Source: a virus
UHGV virus genome: UHGV-0172517
DNA: 29,893 nucleotides
Strand: one strand, 5' to 3'
Both the position numbers and the translations under genes were made by a program. The notes beneath the pieces were generated by a model. That model made no database searches. It was not told the origin of the DNA and saw nothing but the letters and a program-made list of their open reading frames with translations. Positions 19,419-28,585 of this stretch are shown here, in pieces (within the stretch, counting starts at the first letter, position 1; each line of letters begins with the position of its first letter).

Positions 19419-21972
19419 ACCGGTAGGCGATCTGGTCGTTGATTTGAGTCTGGATGCGGCCAGATTTGACGAGCAGATGGCCAGAGTCAGGCGTCATTTT
19501 TCCGGTACGGAAAGTGATGCGAAAAAAACAGCGGCAGTCGTTGAACAGTCGCTGAGCCGACAGGCGCTGGCTGCACAGAAAGCGGGGATTTCCGTCGGGC
19601 AGTATAAAGCTGCCATGCGTATGCTGCCTGCGCAGTTCACTGACGTGGCCACGCAGCTTGCAGGCGGGCAAAGTCCGTGGCTGATCCTGCTGCAACAGGG
19701 GGGGCAGGTGAAGGACTCCTTCGGCGGGATGATCCCCATGTTCAGGGGGCTTGCCGGTGCGATCCCCCTGCCGATGGTGGGGGCCACCTCGCTGGCGGTG
19801 GCGACCGGTGCGCTGGCGTATGCCTGGTATCAGGGCAACTCAACCCTGTCCGATTTCAACAAAACGCTGGTCCTTTCCGGTCATCAGTCGGGTCTGACGG
19901 CAGATCGTATGCTGGTCCTGTCCAGAGCCGGGCAGGCGGCAGGGCTGACGTTTAACCAGACCAGCGAGTCACTCAGCGCACTGGTTAAGGCGGGGGTAAG
20001 CGGTGAGGCTCAGATTGCGTCCATCAGCCAGAGTGTGGCGCGTTTCTCCTCTGCATCCGGCGTGGAGGTGGACAAGGTCGCTGAAGCCTTCGGGAAGCTG
20101 ACCACAGACCCGACGTCGGGGCTGACGGCGATGGCACGCCAGTTCCATAACGTGACGGCGGAGCAGATTGCGTATGTTGCTCAGTTGCAGCGTTCCGGCG
20201 ATGAAGCCGGGGCATTGCAGGCGGCGAACGAGGCCGCAACGAAAGGGTTTGATGACCAGACCCGCCGCCTGAAAGAGAACATGGGCACGCTGGAGACCTG
20301 GGCAGACAGGACTGCGCGGGCATTCAAATCCATGTGGGATGCGGTGCTGGATATTGGTCGTCCTGATACCGCGCAGGAGATGCTGATTAAGGCAGAGGCT
20401 GCGTTTAAGAAAGCAGACGACATCTGGAATCTGCGCAAGGATGATTATTTTGTTAACGATGAAGCGCGGGCGCGTTACTGGGATGATCGTGAAAAGGCCC
20501 GTCTTGCGCTTGAAGCCGCCCGAAAGAAGGCTGAGCAGCAGACTCAACAGGACAAAAATGCGCAGCAGCAGAGCGATACCGAAGCGTCACGGCTGAAATA
20601 TACCGAAGAGGCGCAGAAGGCTTACGAACGGCTGCAGACGCCGCTGGAGAAATATACCGCCCGTCAGGAAGAACTGAACAAGGCACTGAAAGACGGGAAA
20701 ATCCTGCAGGCAGATTACAACACGCTGATGGCGGCGGCGAAAAAGGATTATGAAGCGACGCTGAAAAAGCCGAAACAGTCCGGCGTGAAAGTGTCTGCGG
20801 GCGATCGTCAGGAAGACAGTGCTCATGCTGCCCTGCTGACGCTTCAGGCAGAACTCCGGACGCTGGAGAAGCATGCCGGAGCGAATGAGAAAATCAGCCA
20901 GCAGCGCCGGGATTTGTGGAAGGCAGAAAGTCAGTTCGCGGTACTGGAGGAGGCGGCACAACGTCGCCAGCTGTCCGCACAGGAGAAATCCCTGCTGGCG
21001 CATAAAGATGAGACGCTGGAGTACAAACGCCAGCTGGCTGCACTTGGCGACAAGGTTACGTATCAGGAGCGCCTGAACGCGCTGGCGCAGCAGGCGGATA
21101 AATTCGCACAGCAGCAACGGGCAAAACGGGCCGCCATTGATGCGAAAAGCCGGGGGCTGACTGACCGGCAGGCAGAACGGGAAGCCACGGAACAGCGCCT
21201 GAAGGAACAGTATGGCGATAATCCGCTGGCGCTGAATAACGTCATGTCAGAGCAGAAAAAGACCTGGGCGGCTGAAGACCAGCTTCGCGGGAGCTGGATG
21301 GCAGGCCTGAAGTCCGGCTGGAGTGAGTGGGAAGAGAGCGCCACGGACAGTATGTCGCAGGTAAAAAGTGCAGCCACGCAGACCTTTGATGGTATTGCAC
21401 AGAATATGGCGGCGATGCTGACCGGCAGTGAGCAGAACTGGCGCAGCTTCACCCGTTCCGTGCTGTCCATGATGACAGAAATTCTGCTTAAGCAGGCAAT
21501 GGTGGGGATTGTCGGGAGTATCGGCAGCGCCATTGGCGGGGCTGTTGGTGGCGGCGCATCCGCGTCAGGCGGTACAGCCATTCAGGCCGCTGCGGCGAAA
21601 TTCCATTTTGCAACCGGAGGATTTACGGGAACCGGCGGCAAATATGAGCCAGCGGGGATTGTTCACCGTGGTGAGTTTGTCTTCACGAAGGAGGCAACCA
21701 GCCGGATTGGCGTGGGGAATCTTTACCGGCTGATGCGCGGCTATGCCACCGGCGGTTATGTCGGTACACCGGGCAGCATGGCAGACAGCCGGTCGCAGGC
21801 GTCCGGGACGTTTGAGCAGAATAACCATGTGGTGATTAACAACGACGGCACGAACGGGCAGATAGGTCCGGCTGCTCTGAAGGCGGTGTATGACATGGCC
21901 CGCAAGGGTGCCCGTGATGAAATTCAGACACAGATGCGTGATGGTGGTCTGTTCTCCGGAGGTGGACGATGA
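19411..21972 (+). CDS. H: Tail tape measure protein H
   Basis: 853 aa, same length as lambda gpH; long coiled-coil-rich sequence with a Gly-rich C-terminal region. Confidence 0.96.
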   Translation: MAEPVGDLVVDLSLDAARFDEQMARVRRHFSGTESDAKKTAAVVEQSLSRQALAAQKAGISVGQYKAAMRMLPAQFTDVATQLAGGQSPWLILLQQGGQVKDSFGGMIPMFRGLAGAIPLPMVGATSLAVATGALAYAWYQGNSTLSDFNKTLVLSGHQSGLTADRMLVLSRAGQAAGLTFNQTSESLSALVKAGVSGEAQIASISQSVARFSSASGVEVDKVAEAFGKLTTDPTSGLTAMARQFHNVTAEQIAYVAQLQRSGDEAGALQAANEAATKGFDDQTRRLKENMGTLETWADRTARAFKSMWDAVLDIGRPDTAQEMLIKAEAAFKKADDIWNLRKDDYFVNDEARARYWDDREKARLALEAARKKAEQQTQQDKNAQQQSDTEASRLKYTEEAQKAYERLQTPLEKYTARQEELNKALKDGKILQADYNTLMAAAKKDYEATLKKPKQSGVKVSAGDRQEDSAHAALLTLQAELRTLEKHAGANEKISQQRRDLWKAESQFAVLEEAAQRRQLSAQEKSLLAHKDETLEYKRQLAALGDKVTYQERLNALAQQADKFAQQQRAKRAAIDAKSRGLTDRQAEREATEQRLKEQYGDNPLALNNVMSEQKKTWAAEDQLRGSWMAGLKSGWSEWEESATDSMSQVKSAATQTFDGIAQNMAAMLTGSEQNWRSFTRSVLSMMTEILLKQAMVGIVGSIGSAIGGAVGGGASASGGTAIQAAAAKFHFATGGFTGTGGKYEPAGIVHRGEFVFTKEATSRIGVGNLYRLMRGYATGGYVGTPGSMADSRSQASGTFEQNNHVVINNDGTNGQIGPAALKAVYDMARKGARDEIQTQMRDGGLFSGGGR

Positions 21973-22298
21973 AAACCTTCCGCTGGAAAGTGAAACCCGG
22001 TATGGATGTGGCTTCGGCCCCTTCTGTAAGAAAGGTGCGCTTTGGTGATGGCTGTTCCCAGCGAGCGCCTGCCGGGCTGAATGCCAACCTGAAAACGTAC
22101 AGCGTGACGCTTTCTGTCCCCCGTGAGGAGGCCACGGTACTGGAGTCGTTTCTGGAAGAGCACGGGGGCTGGAAAGCCTTTCTGTGGACGCCGCCTTATG
22201 AGTGGCGGCAGATAAAGGTGACCTGCGCAAAATGGTCGTCGCGGGTCAGTATGCTGCGTGTTGAGTTCAGCGCAGAGTTTGAACAGGTGGTGAACTGA
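21969..22298 (+). CDS. M: Minor tail protein M
   Basis: 109 aa; ATGA overlap with H; matches lambda gpM. Confidence 0.95.
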   Translation: MKTFRWKVKPGMDVASAPSVRKVRFGDGCSQRAPAGLNANLKTYSVTLSVPREEATVLESFLEEHGGWKAFLWTPPYEWRQIKVTCAKWSSRVSMLRVEFSAEFEQVVN

Positions 22299-22996
22299 TG
22301 CAGGATATCCGGCAGGAAACACTGAATGAATGCACCCGTGCGGAGCAGTCGGCCAGCGTGGTGCTCTGGGAAATCGACCTGACAGAGGTCGGTGGAGAAC
22401 GTTATTTTTTCTGTAATGAGCAGAACGAAAAAGGTGAGCCGGTCACCTGGCAGGGGCGACAGTATCAGCCGTATCCCATTCAGGGGAGCGGTTTTGAACT
22501 GAATGGCAAAGGCACCAGTACGCGCCCCACGCTGACGGTTTCTAACCTGTACGGTATGGTCACCGGGATGGCGGAAGATATGCAGAGTCTGGTCGGCGGA
22601 ACGGTGGTCCGGCGTAAGGTTTACGCCCGTTTTCTGGATGCGGTGAACTTCGTCAACGGAAACAGTTATGCCGATCCGGAGCAGGAGGTGATCAGCCGCT
22701 GGCGCATTGAGCAGTGCAGCGAACTGAGCGCGGTGAGTGCCTCCTTTGTACTGTCCACGCCGACGGAAACGGATGGCGCTGTTTTTCCGGGACGTATCAT
22801 GCTGGCCAACACCTGCACCTGGACCTATCGCGGTGACGAGTGCGGTTATAGCGGTCCGGCGGTCGCGGATGAATATGACCAGCCAACGTCCGATATCACG
22901 AAGGATAAATGCAGCAAATGCCTGAATGGCTGTAAGTTTCGCAATAACGTCGGCAACTTTGGCGGCTTCCTTTCCATTAACAAACTTTCGCAGTAA
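22298..22996 (+). CDS. L: Minor tail protein L
   Basis: 232 aa; matches lambda gpL, including the C-terminal Cys cluster (CTWTYRGDECGY…CSKCLNGC). Confidence 0.95.
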   Translation: MQDIRQETLNECTRAEQSASVVLWEIDLTEVGGERYFFCNEQNEKGEPVTWQGRQYQPYPIQGSGFELNGKGTSTRPTLTVSNLYGMVTGMAEDMQSLVGGTVVRRKVYARFLDAVNFVNGNSYADPEQEVISRWRIEQCSELSAVSASFVLSTPTETDGAVFPGRIMLANTCTWTYRGDECGYSGPAVADEYDQPTSDITKDKCSKCLNGCKFRNNVGNFGGFLSINKLSQ

Positions 22997-23001
22997 ATCC
23001 C

Positions 23002-23745
23002 ATGACAGAGACAGAATCAGCGATTCTGGCGCACGCCCGGCGATGTGCGCCAGCGGAGTCGTGCGGCTTCGTGGTAAGCACGCCGGAGGGGGAAAGATAT
23101 TTCCCCTGCGTGAATATCTCCGGTGAGCCGGAGGCGTATTTCCGTATGTCGCCGGAAGACTGGCTGCAGGCAGAAATGCAGGGTGAGATTGTGGCGCTGG
23201 TCCACAGCCACCCCGGTGGTCTGCCCTGGCTGAGTGAGGCTGACCGGCGGCTGCAGGTGCAGAGTGATTTGCCGTGGTGGCTGGTCTGCCGGGGGACGAT
23301 TCATAAGTTCCGCTGTGTGCCGCATCTCACCGGGCGGCGCTTTGAGCACGGTGTGACGGACTGTTACACACTGTTCCGGGATGCTTATCATCTGGCGGGG
23401 ATTGAGATGCCGGACTTTCATCGTGAGGATGACTGGTGGCGTAACGGCCAGAATCTCTATCTGGATAATCTGGAGGCGACGGGGCTGTATCAGGTGCCGT
23501 TGTCAGCGGCACAGCCGGGCGATGTGCTGCTGTGCTGTTTTGGTTCATCGGTGCCGAATCATGCCGCCATTTACTGTGGTGACGGCGAGCTGCTGCACCA
23601 TATTCCTGAACAACTGAGCAAACGAGAGAGGTATACCGACAAATGGCAGCGACGCACACACTCCCTCTGGCGTCACCGGGCATGGCGCGCATCTGCCTTT
23701 ACGGGGATTTGCAACGATTTGGCCGCCGCATCGACCTTCGTGTGA
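23002..23745 (+). CDS. K: Tail tip assembly protein K (MPN/JAMM-like plus NlpC/P60-like)
   Basis: 247 aa continuous ORF; JAMM-type motif HSHPGGLPWLSEAD in the N-terminal part; the C-terminal part matches lambda gpK. Confidence 0.9.
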   Translation: MTETESAILAHARRCAPAESCGFVVSTPEGERYFPCVNISGEPEAYFRMSPEDWLQAEMQGEIVALVHSHPGGLPWLSEADRRLQVQSDLPWWLVCRGTIHKFRCVPHLTGRRFEHGVTDCYTLFRDAYHLAGIEMPDFHREDDWWRNGQNLYLDNLEATGLYQVPLSAAQPGDVLLCCFGSSVPNHAAIYCGDGELLHHIPEQLSKRERYTDKWQRRTHSLWRHRAWRASAFTGICNDLAAASTFV

Positions 23746-24314
23746 AAACGGGGGCTGAAGCCATCCGCGCACTGGCCACACAGCTCCCGGCGTTTCGTCA
23801 GAAACTGAGCGACGGCTGGTATCAGGTACGGATTGCCGGGCGGGACGTCAGCACGTCCGGGTTAACGGCGCAGTTACATGAGACTCTGCCTGATGGCGCT
23901 GTGATTCATATTGTTCCCAGAGTCGCCGGGGCCAAGTCAGGTGGCGTATTCCAGATTGTCCTGGGAGCAGCCGCCATTGCCGGATCATTCTTTACTGCCG
24001 GAGCCACCCTTGCAGCATGGGGGGCAGCCATTGGGGCCGGTGGTATGACCGGCATCCTGTTTTCTCTCGGTGCCAGTATGGTGCTCGGTGGTGTGGCGCA
24101 GATGCTGGCACCGAAAGCCAGAACTCCCCGTACACAGACAACGGATAACGGCAAACAGAACACCTATTTCTCGTCACTGGATAACATGGTTGCCCAGGGC
24201 AATGTTCTGCCGGTTCTGTACGGTGAAATGCGCGTGGGGTCACGCGTGGTTTCTCAGGAGATCAGCACGGCAGACGAAGGGGATGGTGGTCAGGTTGTGG
24301 TGATTGGTCGCTGA
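23643..24314 (+). CDS. I: Tail tip assembly protein I
   Basis: 223 aa; overlaps the K 3' end by ~100 nt in another frame as in lambda; ubiquitin-like N-terminus and Gly/Ala-rich hydrophobic middle. Confidence 0.93.
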   Translation: MAATHTLPLASPGMARICLYGDLQRFGRRIDLRVKTGAEAIRALATQLPAFRQKLSDGWYQVRIAGRDVSTSGLTAQLHETLPDGAVIHIVPRVAGAKSGGVFQIVLGAAAIAGSFFTAGATLAAWGAAIGAGGMTGILFSLGASMVLGGVAQMLAPKARTPRTQTTDNGKQNTYFSSLDNMVAQGNVLPVLYGEMRVGSRVVSQEISTADEGDGGQVVVIGR

Positions 24315-24332
24315 TGCAAAATGTTTTATGTG

Positions 24333-24353
24333 AAACCGCCTGCGGGCGGTTTT
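24333..24353 (+). other. Hairpin between I and J (terminator-like, weak T-run)
   Basis: aaaccgcc-tgcg-ggcggttt: a perfect 8-bp stem followed by TGTCGTTT, ~20 nt upstream of the J start. Confidence 0.4.
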
Positions 24354-24374
24354 GTCGTTTATGGAGCGTGAGGA

Positions 24375-27300
24375 ATGGGTAAAGGCAGCAGTAAGGGGCA
24401 TACCCCGCGCGAAGCGAAGGACAACCTGAAGTCCACGCAGCTGCTGAGTGTGATCGATGCCATCAGCGAAGGGCCGGTTGAAGGTCCGGTGGACGGATTA
24501 AAAAGCGTGCTGCTGAACAGTACGCCGGTGCTGGACAGTGAGGGGAATACCAATATCTCCGGCGTCACGGTGGTGTTCCGGACCGGTGAGCAGGAGCAGT
24601 CACCGCCGGAGGGATTTGAATCCTCCGGCTCCGAGACGGTGCTGGGTACGGAAGTGAAATATGACACGCCGATCACCCGGACCATCACGTCGGCAAACAT
24701 CGACCGTCTGCGCTTTACCTTCGGTGTACAGGCACTGGTGGAAACCACCTCAAAGGGGGACCGGAATCCGTCGGAAGTCCGCCTGCTGGTTCAGATACAG
24801 CGTAATGGTGGCTGGGTGACGGAAAAAGACATCACCATTAAGGGCAAAACCACCTCGCAGTATCTGGCCTCGGTGGTGGTGGATAACCTGCCGCCGCGCC
24901 CGTTCAATATCCGGATGCGCAGGATGACGCCGGACAGCACCACAGACCAGCTGCAGAACAAAACGCTCTGGTCGTCATACACCGAAATTATCGATGTGAA
25001 ACAGTGCTACCCGAACACGGCACTGGTCGGCGTACAGGTGGATTCGGAGCAGTTCGGCAGCCAGCAGGTGAGCCGTAATTATCATCTGCGCGGGCGTATT
25101 CTGCAGGTGCCGTCGAACTATAACCCGCAGACTCGGCAATACAGCGGTATCTGGGACGGAACGTTTAAGCCAGCATACAGCAATAACATGGCCTGGTGTC
25201 TGTGGGATATGCTGACCCATCCACGCTACGGCATGGGGAAACGTCTTGGTGCGGCGGATGTGGACAAATGGGCGCTGTATGTCATCGGCCAGTACTGCGA
25301 CCAGTCAGTGCCGGACGGCTTTGGCGGCACGGAGCCGCGCATCACCTGTAATGCGTACCTGACCACACAGCGCAAGGCGTGGGATGTGCTCAGTGATTTC
25401 TGCTCGGCGATGCGCTGTATGCCGGTATGGAACGGGCAGACGCTGACGTTCGTGCAGGACCGACCGTCGGATAAGGTGTGGACCTATAACCGCAGTAATG
25501 TGGTGATGCCGGATGATGGCGCGCCGTTCCGCTACAGCTTCAGCGCCCTGAAAGACCGCCATAATGCCGTTGAGGTGAACTGGATTGACCCGGACAACGG
25601 CTGGGAGACGGCGACAGAGCTTGTTGAAGATACGCAGGCCATTGCCCGTTACGGTCGTAATGTCACGAAGATGGATGCCTTTGGCTGTACCAGCCGGGGG
25701 CAGGCACACCGCGCCGGGCTGTGGCTGATTAAAACGGAACTGCTGGAGACGCAGACCGTGGATTTCAGCGTGGGTGCTGAAGGGCTTCGCCATGTACCGG
25801 GCGATGTCATTGAAATCTGCGATGATGACTATGTCGGTATCAGCACCGGTGGTCGCGTGCTGGCGGTGAACAGCCAGACCCGGACGCTGACGCTCGACCG
25901 TGAAATCACGCTGCCATCCTCCGGTACCACGCTGATAAGCCTTGTTGACGGTCAGGGTAATCCGGTCAGCGTGGAGGTCCAGTCCGTCACCGACGGCGTG
26001 AAGGTGAAAGTGAGCCGTGTTCCTGACGGCGTTGCTGAATACAGCGTGTGGGGGCTGAAGCTGCCGACGCTGCGCCAGCGCCTGTTCCGCTGTGTGAGTA
26101 TCCGTGAGAACGACGACGGCACGTATGCCATCACCGCCGTGCAGCATGTGCCGGAAAAAGAGGCCATCGTGGATAACGGGGCGCACTTTGACGGCGACCA
26201 GAGCGGCACGGTGAATGGTGTCACGCCGCCAGCGGTGCAGCACCTGACCGCCGAAGTCACCGCAGACAGCGGGGAATATCAGGTGCTGGCGCGCTGGGAC
26301 ACACCGAAGGTGGTGAAGGGCGTGAGCTTCCTGCTCCGTCTGACCGTAACAGCGGACGACGGCAGTGAGCGGCTGGTCAGCACGGCCCGGACGACGGAAA
26401 CCACATACCGCTTCACACAACTGGCGTTGGGGAACTACAGGCTGACAGTCCGGGCGGTAAATGCGTGGGGACAGCAGGGCGATCCGGCATCGGTATCGTT
26501 CCGGATTGCCGCACCGGCAGCGCCGTCTCGGATTGAGCTGACACCGGGCTATTTTCAGATAACCGCCACGCCGCATCTTGCGGTTTATGACCCGACGGTA
26601 CAGTTTGAGTTCTGGTTCTCGGAAAAACGGATTGCGGATATCAGGCAGGTTGAAACCAGCGCGCGTTATCTTGGTACGGCACTGTACTGGATAGCCGCCA
26701 GTATCAATATCAAACCGGGCCATGATTATTACTTTTATATCCGCAGTGTGAATACTGTTGGCAAATCGGCATTCGTGGAGGCTGTTGGCCAGCCGAGTGA
26801 TGATGCATCCGGCTATCTGGATTTTTTCAAAGGAGAGATAGGGAAAACCCATCTGGCTCAGGAGTTGTGGACGCAGATTGATAACGGTCAGCTTGCGCCT
26901 GACCTGGCTGAAATCAGGACGTCCATTACGGATGTCAGCAATGAAATCACGCAGACTGTCAATAAGAAACTGGAAGACCAGAGTGCGGCGATCCAGCAGA
27001 TACAGAAGGTTCAGGTTGATACAAATAATAACCTGAACAGCATGTGGGCTGTGAAGCTGCAGCAGATGCAGGACGGACGCCTTTATATCGCGGGTATTGG
27101 TGCCGGTATTGAGAACACCCCTGACGGCATGCAGAGTCAGGTGCTGCTGGCGGCGGACAGGATTGCGATGGTTAATCCTGCGAATGGCAACACAAAGCCG
27201 ATGTTTGTTGGTCAGGGCGATCAGATATTCATGAACGAAGTGTTCCTGAAATATCTGACGGCTCCCACCATTACCAGCGGCGGTAATCCTCCGGCATTTT

Positions 27301-27854
27301 CCCTGACACCGGACGGGCGGCTGACGGCGAAAAATGCCGATATCAGCGGTAACGTGAATGCGAACTCCGGGACGCTCAACAACGTCACGATTAACGAGAA
27401 CTGCCGGGTTCTGGGAAAACTGTCCGCGAACCAGATTGAAGGCGATCTCGTTAAAACGGTGGGCAAAGCTTTCCCCCGGGACTCCCGTGCACCGGAGCGG
27501 TGGCCATCAGGAACCATTACCGTCAGGGTTTATGACGATCAGCCGTTTGACCGGCAAATTGTTATCCCGGCGGTGGCATTCAGTGGCGCTAAACATGAGC
27601 AAGATCATACTGATATCTACTCCTCATGCCGTCTGATAGTGCGGAAAAACGGTGCTGAAATTTATAACCGTACCGCGCTGGATAATACGCTGATTTACAG
27701 TGGCGTTATTGATATGCCTGCCGGTCACGGTCACATGACGCTGGAGTTTTCGGTGTCAGCATGGCTGGTAAATGACTGGTATCCCACAGCAAGTATCAGC
27801 GATTTGCTGGTTGTGGTGATGAAGAAAGCCACCGCAGGCATCAGTATCAGCTGA
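24375..27854 (+). CDS. J: Central tail fibre / host specificity protein J with a divergent C-terminal receptor-binding region
   Basis: 1159 aa (lambda J is 1132 aa); the N-terminal ~800 aa match lambda J as recalled ([24 protein letters not shown]…); the C-terminal ~340 aa are homologous but clearly diverged. Confidence 0.93.
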   Translation: MGKGSSKGHTPREAKDNLKSTQLLSVIDAISEGPVEGPVDGLKSVLLNSTPVLDSEGNTNISGVTVVFRTGEQEQSPPEGFESSGSETVLGTEVKYDTPITRTITSANIDRLRFTFGVQALVETTSKGDRNPSEVRLLVQIQRNGGWVTEKDITIKGKTTSQYLASVVVDNLPPRPFNIRMRRMTPDSTTDQLQNKTLWSSYTEIIDVKQCYPNTALVGVQVDSEQFGSQQVSRNYHLRGRILQVPSNYNPQTRQYSGIWDGTFKPAYSNNMAWCLWDMLTHPRYGMGKRLGAADVDKWALYVIGQYCDQSVPDGFGGTEPRITCNAYLTTQRKAWDVLSDFCSAMRCMPVWNGQTLTFVQDRPSDKVWTYNRSNVVMPDDGAPFRYSFSALKDRHNAVEVNWIDPDNGWETATELVEDTQAIARYGRNVTKMDAFGCTSRGQAHRAGLWLIKTELLETQTVDFSVGAEGLRHVPGDVIEICDDDYVGISTGGRVLAVNSQTRTLTLDREITLPSSGTTLISLVDGQGNPVSVEVQSVTDGVKVKVSRVPDGVAEYSVWGLKLPTLRQRLFRCVSIRENDDGTYAITAVQHVPEKEAIVDNGAHFDGDQSGTVNGVTPPAVQHLTAEVTADSGEYQVLARWDTPKVVKGVSFLLRLTVTADDGSERLVSTARTTETTYRFTQLALGNYRLTVRAVNAWGQQGDPASVSFRIAAPAAPSRIELTPGYFQITATPHLAVYDPTVQFEFWFSEKRIADIRQVETSARYLGTALYWIAASINIKPGHDYYFYIRSVNTVGKSAFVEAVGQPSDDASGYLDFFKGEIGKTHLAQELWTQIDNGQLAPDLAEIRTSITDVSNEITQTVNKKLEDQSAAIQQIQKVQVDTNNNLNSMWAVKLQQMQDGRLYIAGIGAGIENTPDGMQSQVLLAADRIAMVNPANGNTKPMFVGQGDQIFMNEVFLKYLTAPTITSGGNPPAFSLTPDGRLTAKNADISGNVNANSGTLNNVTINENCRVLGKLSANQIEGDLVKTVGKAFPRDSRAPERWPSGTITVRVYDDQPFDRQIVIPAVAFSGAKHEQDHTDIYSSCRLIVRKNGAEIYNRTALDNTLIYSGVIDMPAGHGHMTLEFSVSAWLVNDWYPTASISDLLVVVMKKATAGISIS

Positions 27855-27873
27855 ATTTTATAACCCCAATACG

Positions 27874-27897
27874 GGCGTCAGAAATGACGCCTTTTTT
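27874..27897 (+). terminator. Rho-independent terminator after J
   Basis: ggcgtca-gaaa-tgacgcc: a perfect 7-bp stem with GAAA loop, followed by tttttt. Confidence 0.75.
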
Positions 27898-27921
27898 ATT
27901 GCAGAAAAGCGAGAGGTAATT

Positions 27922-28521
27922 ATGCGTAAATTATGTGCTGTTATTCTGTCCGCAGTAGTCTGGCTGGTTGCCGCTGGTACGCCAGCGAGCGCAGCAGAGC
28001 ATCAGTCCACACTAAGCGCCGGGTATCTTCAGACCTATACTGATATGCCAGGCAGTGATGACCTGAAGGGCATTAACGTGAAATACCGTTATGAATTTAC
28101 GGACACGCTGGGGCTGGTGACGTCATTCAGTTATGCCAATGCCAAAGATGAGCAAAAAACGCATTACAGCGATACCCGCTGGCATGAAGATTCCGTGCGT
28201 AACCGCTGGTTCAGCATGATGGCGGGGCCATCTGTACGCGTGAATGAATGGTTCAGTGCTTATGCGATGGCAGGTGTGGCTTACAGCCGTGTTTCGACGT
28301 TCTCCGGGGATTATCTCCGCGTAACTGACAACAAGGGGAAAACGCACGATGTGCTGACCGGAAGTGATGACGATCGCCACAGCAACACGTCTCTGGCGTG
28401 GGGAGCTGGCGTGCAGTTTAACCCGACCGAATCCGTGGCCATTGATATTGCTTATGAAGGCTCCGGCAGTGGCGACTGGCGCACTGACGGTTTCATCGTG
28501 GGTGTCGGTTATAAATTCTGA
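27922..28521 (+). CDS. lom: Lom-like outer membrane beta-barrel protein (Ail/Lom/PagC/OmpX family)
   Basis: 199 aa; N-terminal signal peptide (MRKLCAVILSAVVWLVAAGTPASAAE); conserved GINVKYRYE and C-terminal DIAYEGSGSGDWRTDGFIVGVGYKF shared with lambda Lom; the rest is diverged. GAGAGG SD. Confidence 0.9.
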   Translation: MRKLCAVILSAVVWLVAAGTPASAAEHQSTLSAGYLQTYTDMPGSDDLKGINVKYRYEFTDTLGLVTSFSYANAKDEQKTHYSDTRWHEDSVRNRWFSMMAGPSVRVNEWFSAYAMAGVAYSRVSTFSGDYLRVTDNKGKTHDVLTGSDDDRHSNTSLAWGAGVQFNPTESVAIDIAYEGSGSGDWRTDGFIVGVGYKF

Positions 28522-28547
28522 TTAGCCAGGTAACACAGTGTTATGAC

Positions 28548-28575
28548 AGCCCGCCGGTTCAGGCGGGCTTTTTTG
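28548..28575 (+). terminator. Rho-independent terminator after lom
   Basis: agcccgcc-ggttca-ggcgggct: a perfect 8-bp stem followed by tttttt. Confidence 0.75.
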
Positions 28576-28585
28576 TGGAGTGGAT

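Noticed and set aside
25305-26852. 515-aa ORF on the minus strand
   Set aside because: Entirely antisense to the lambda-conserved J gene; Arg/Pro/Ala-rich, as expected for a stop-free reverse frame in GC-rich coding DNA; no RBS context.
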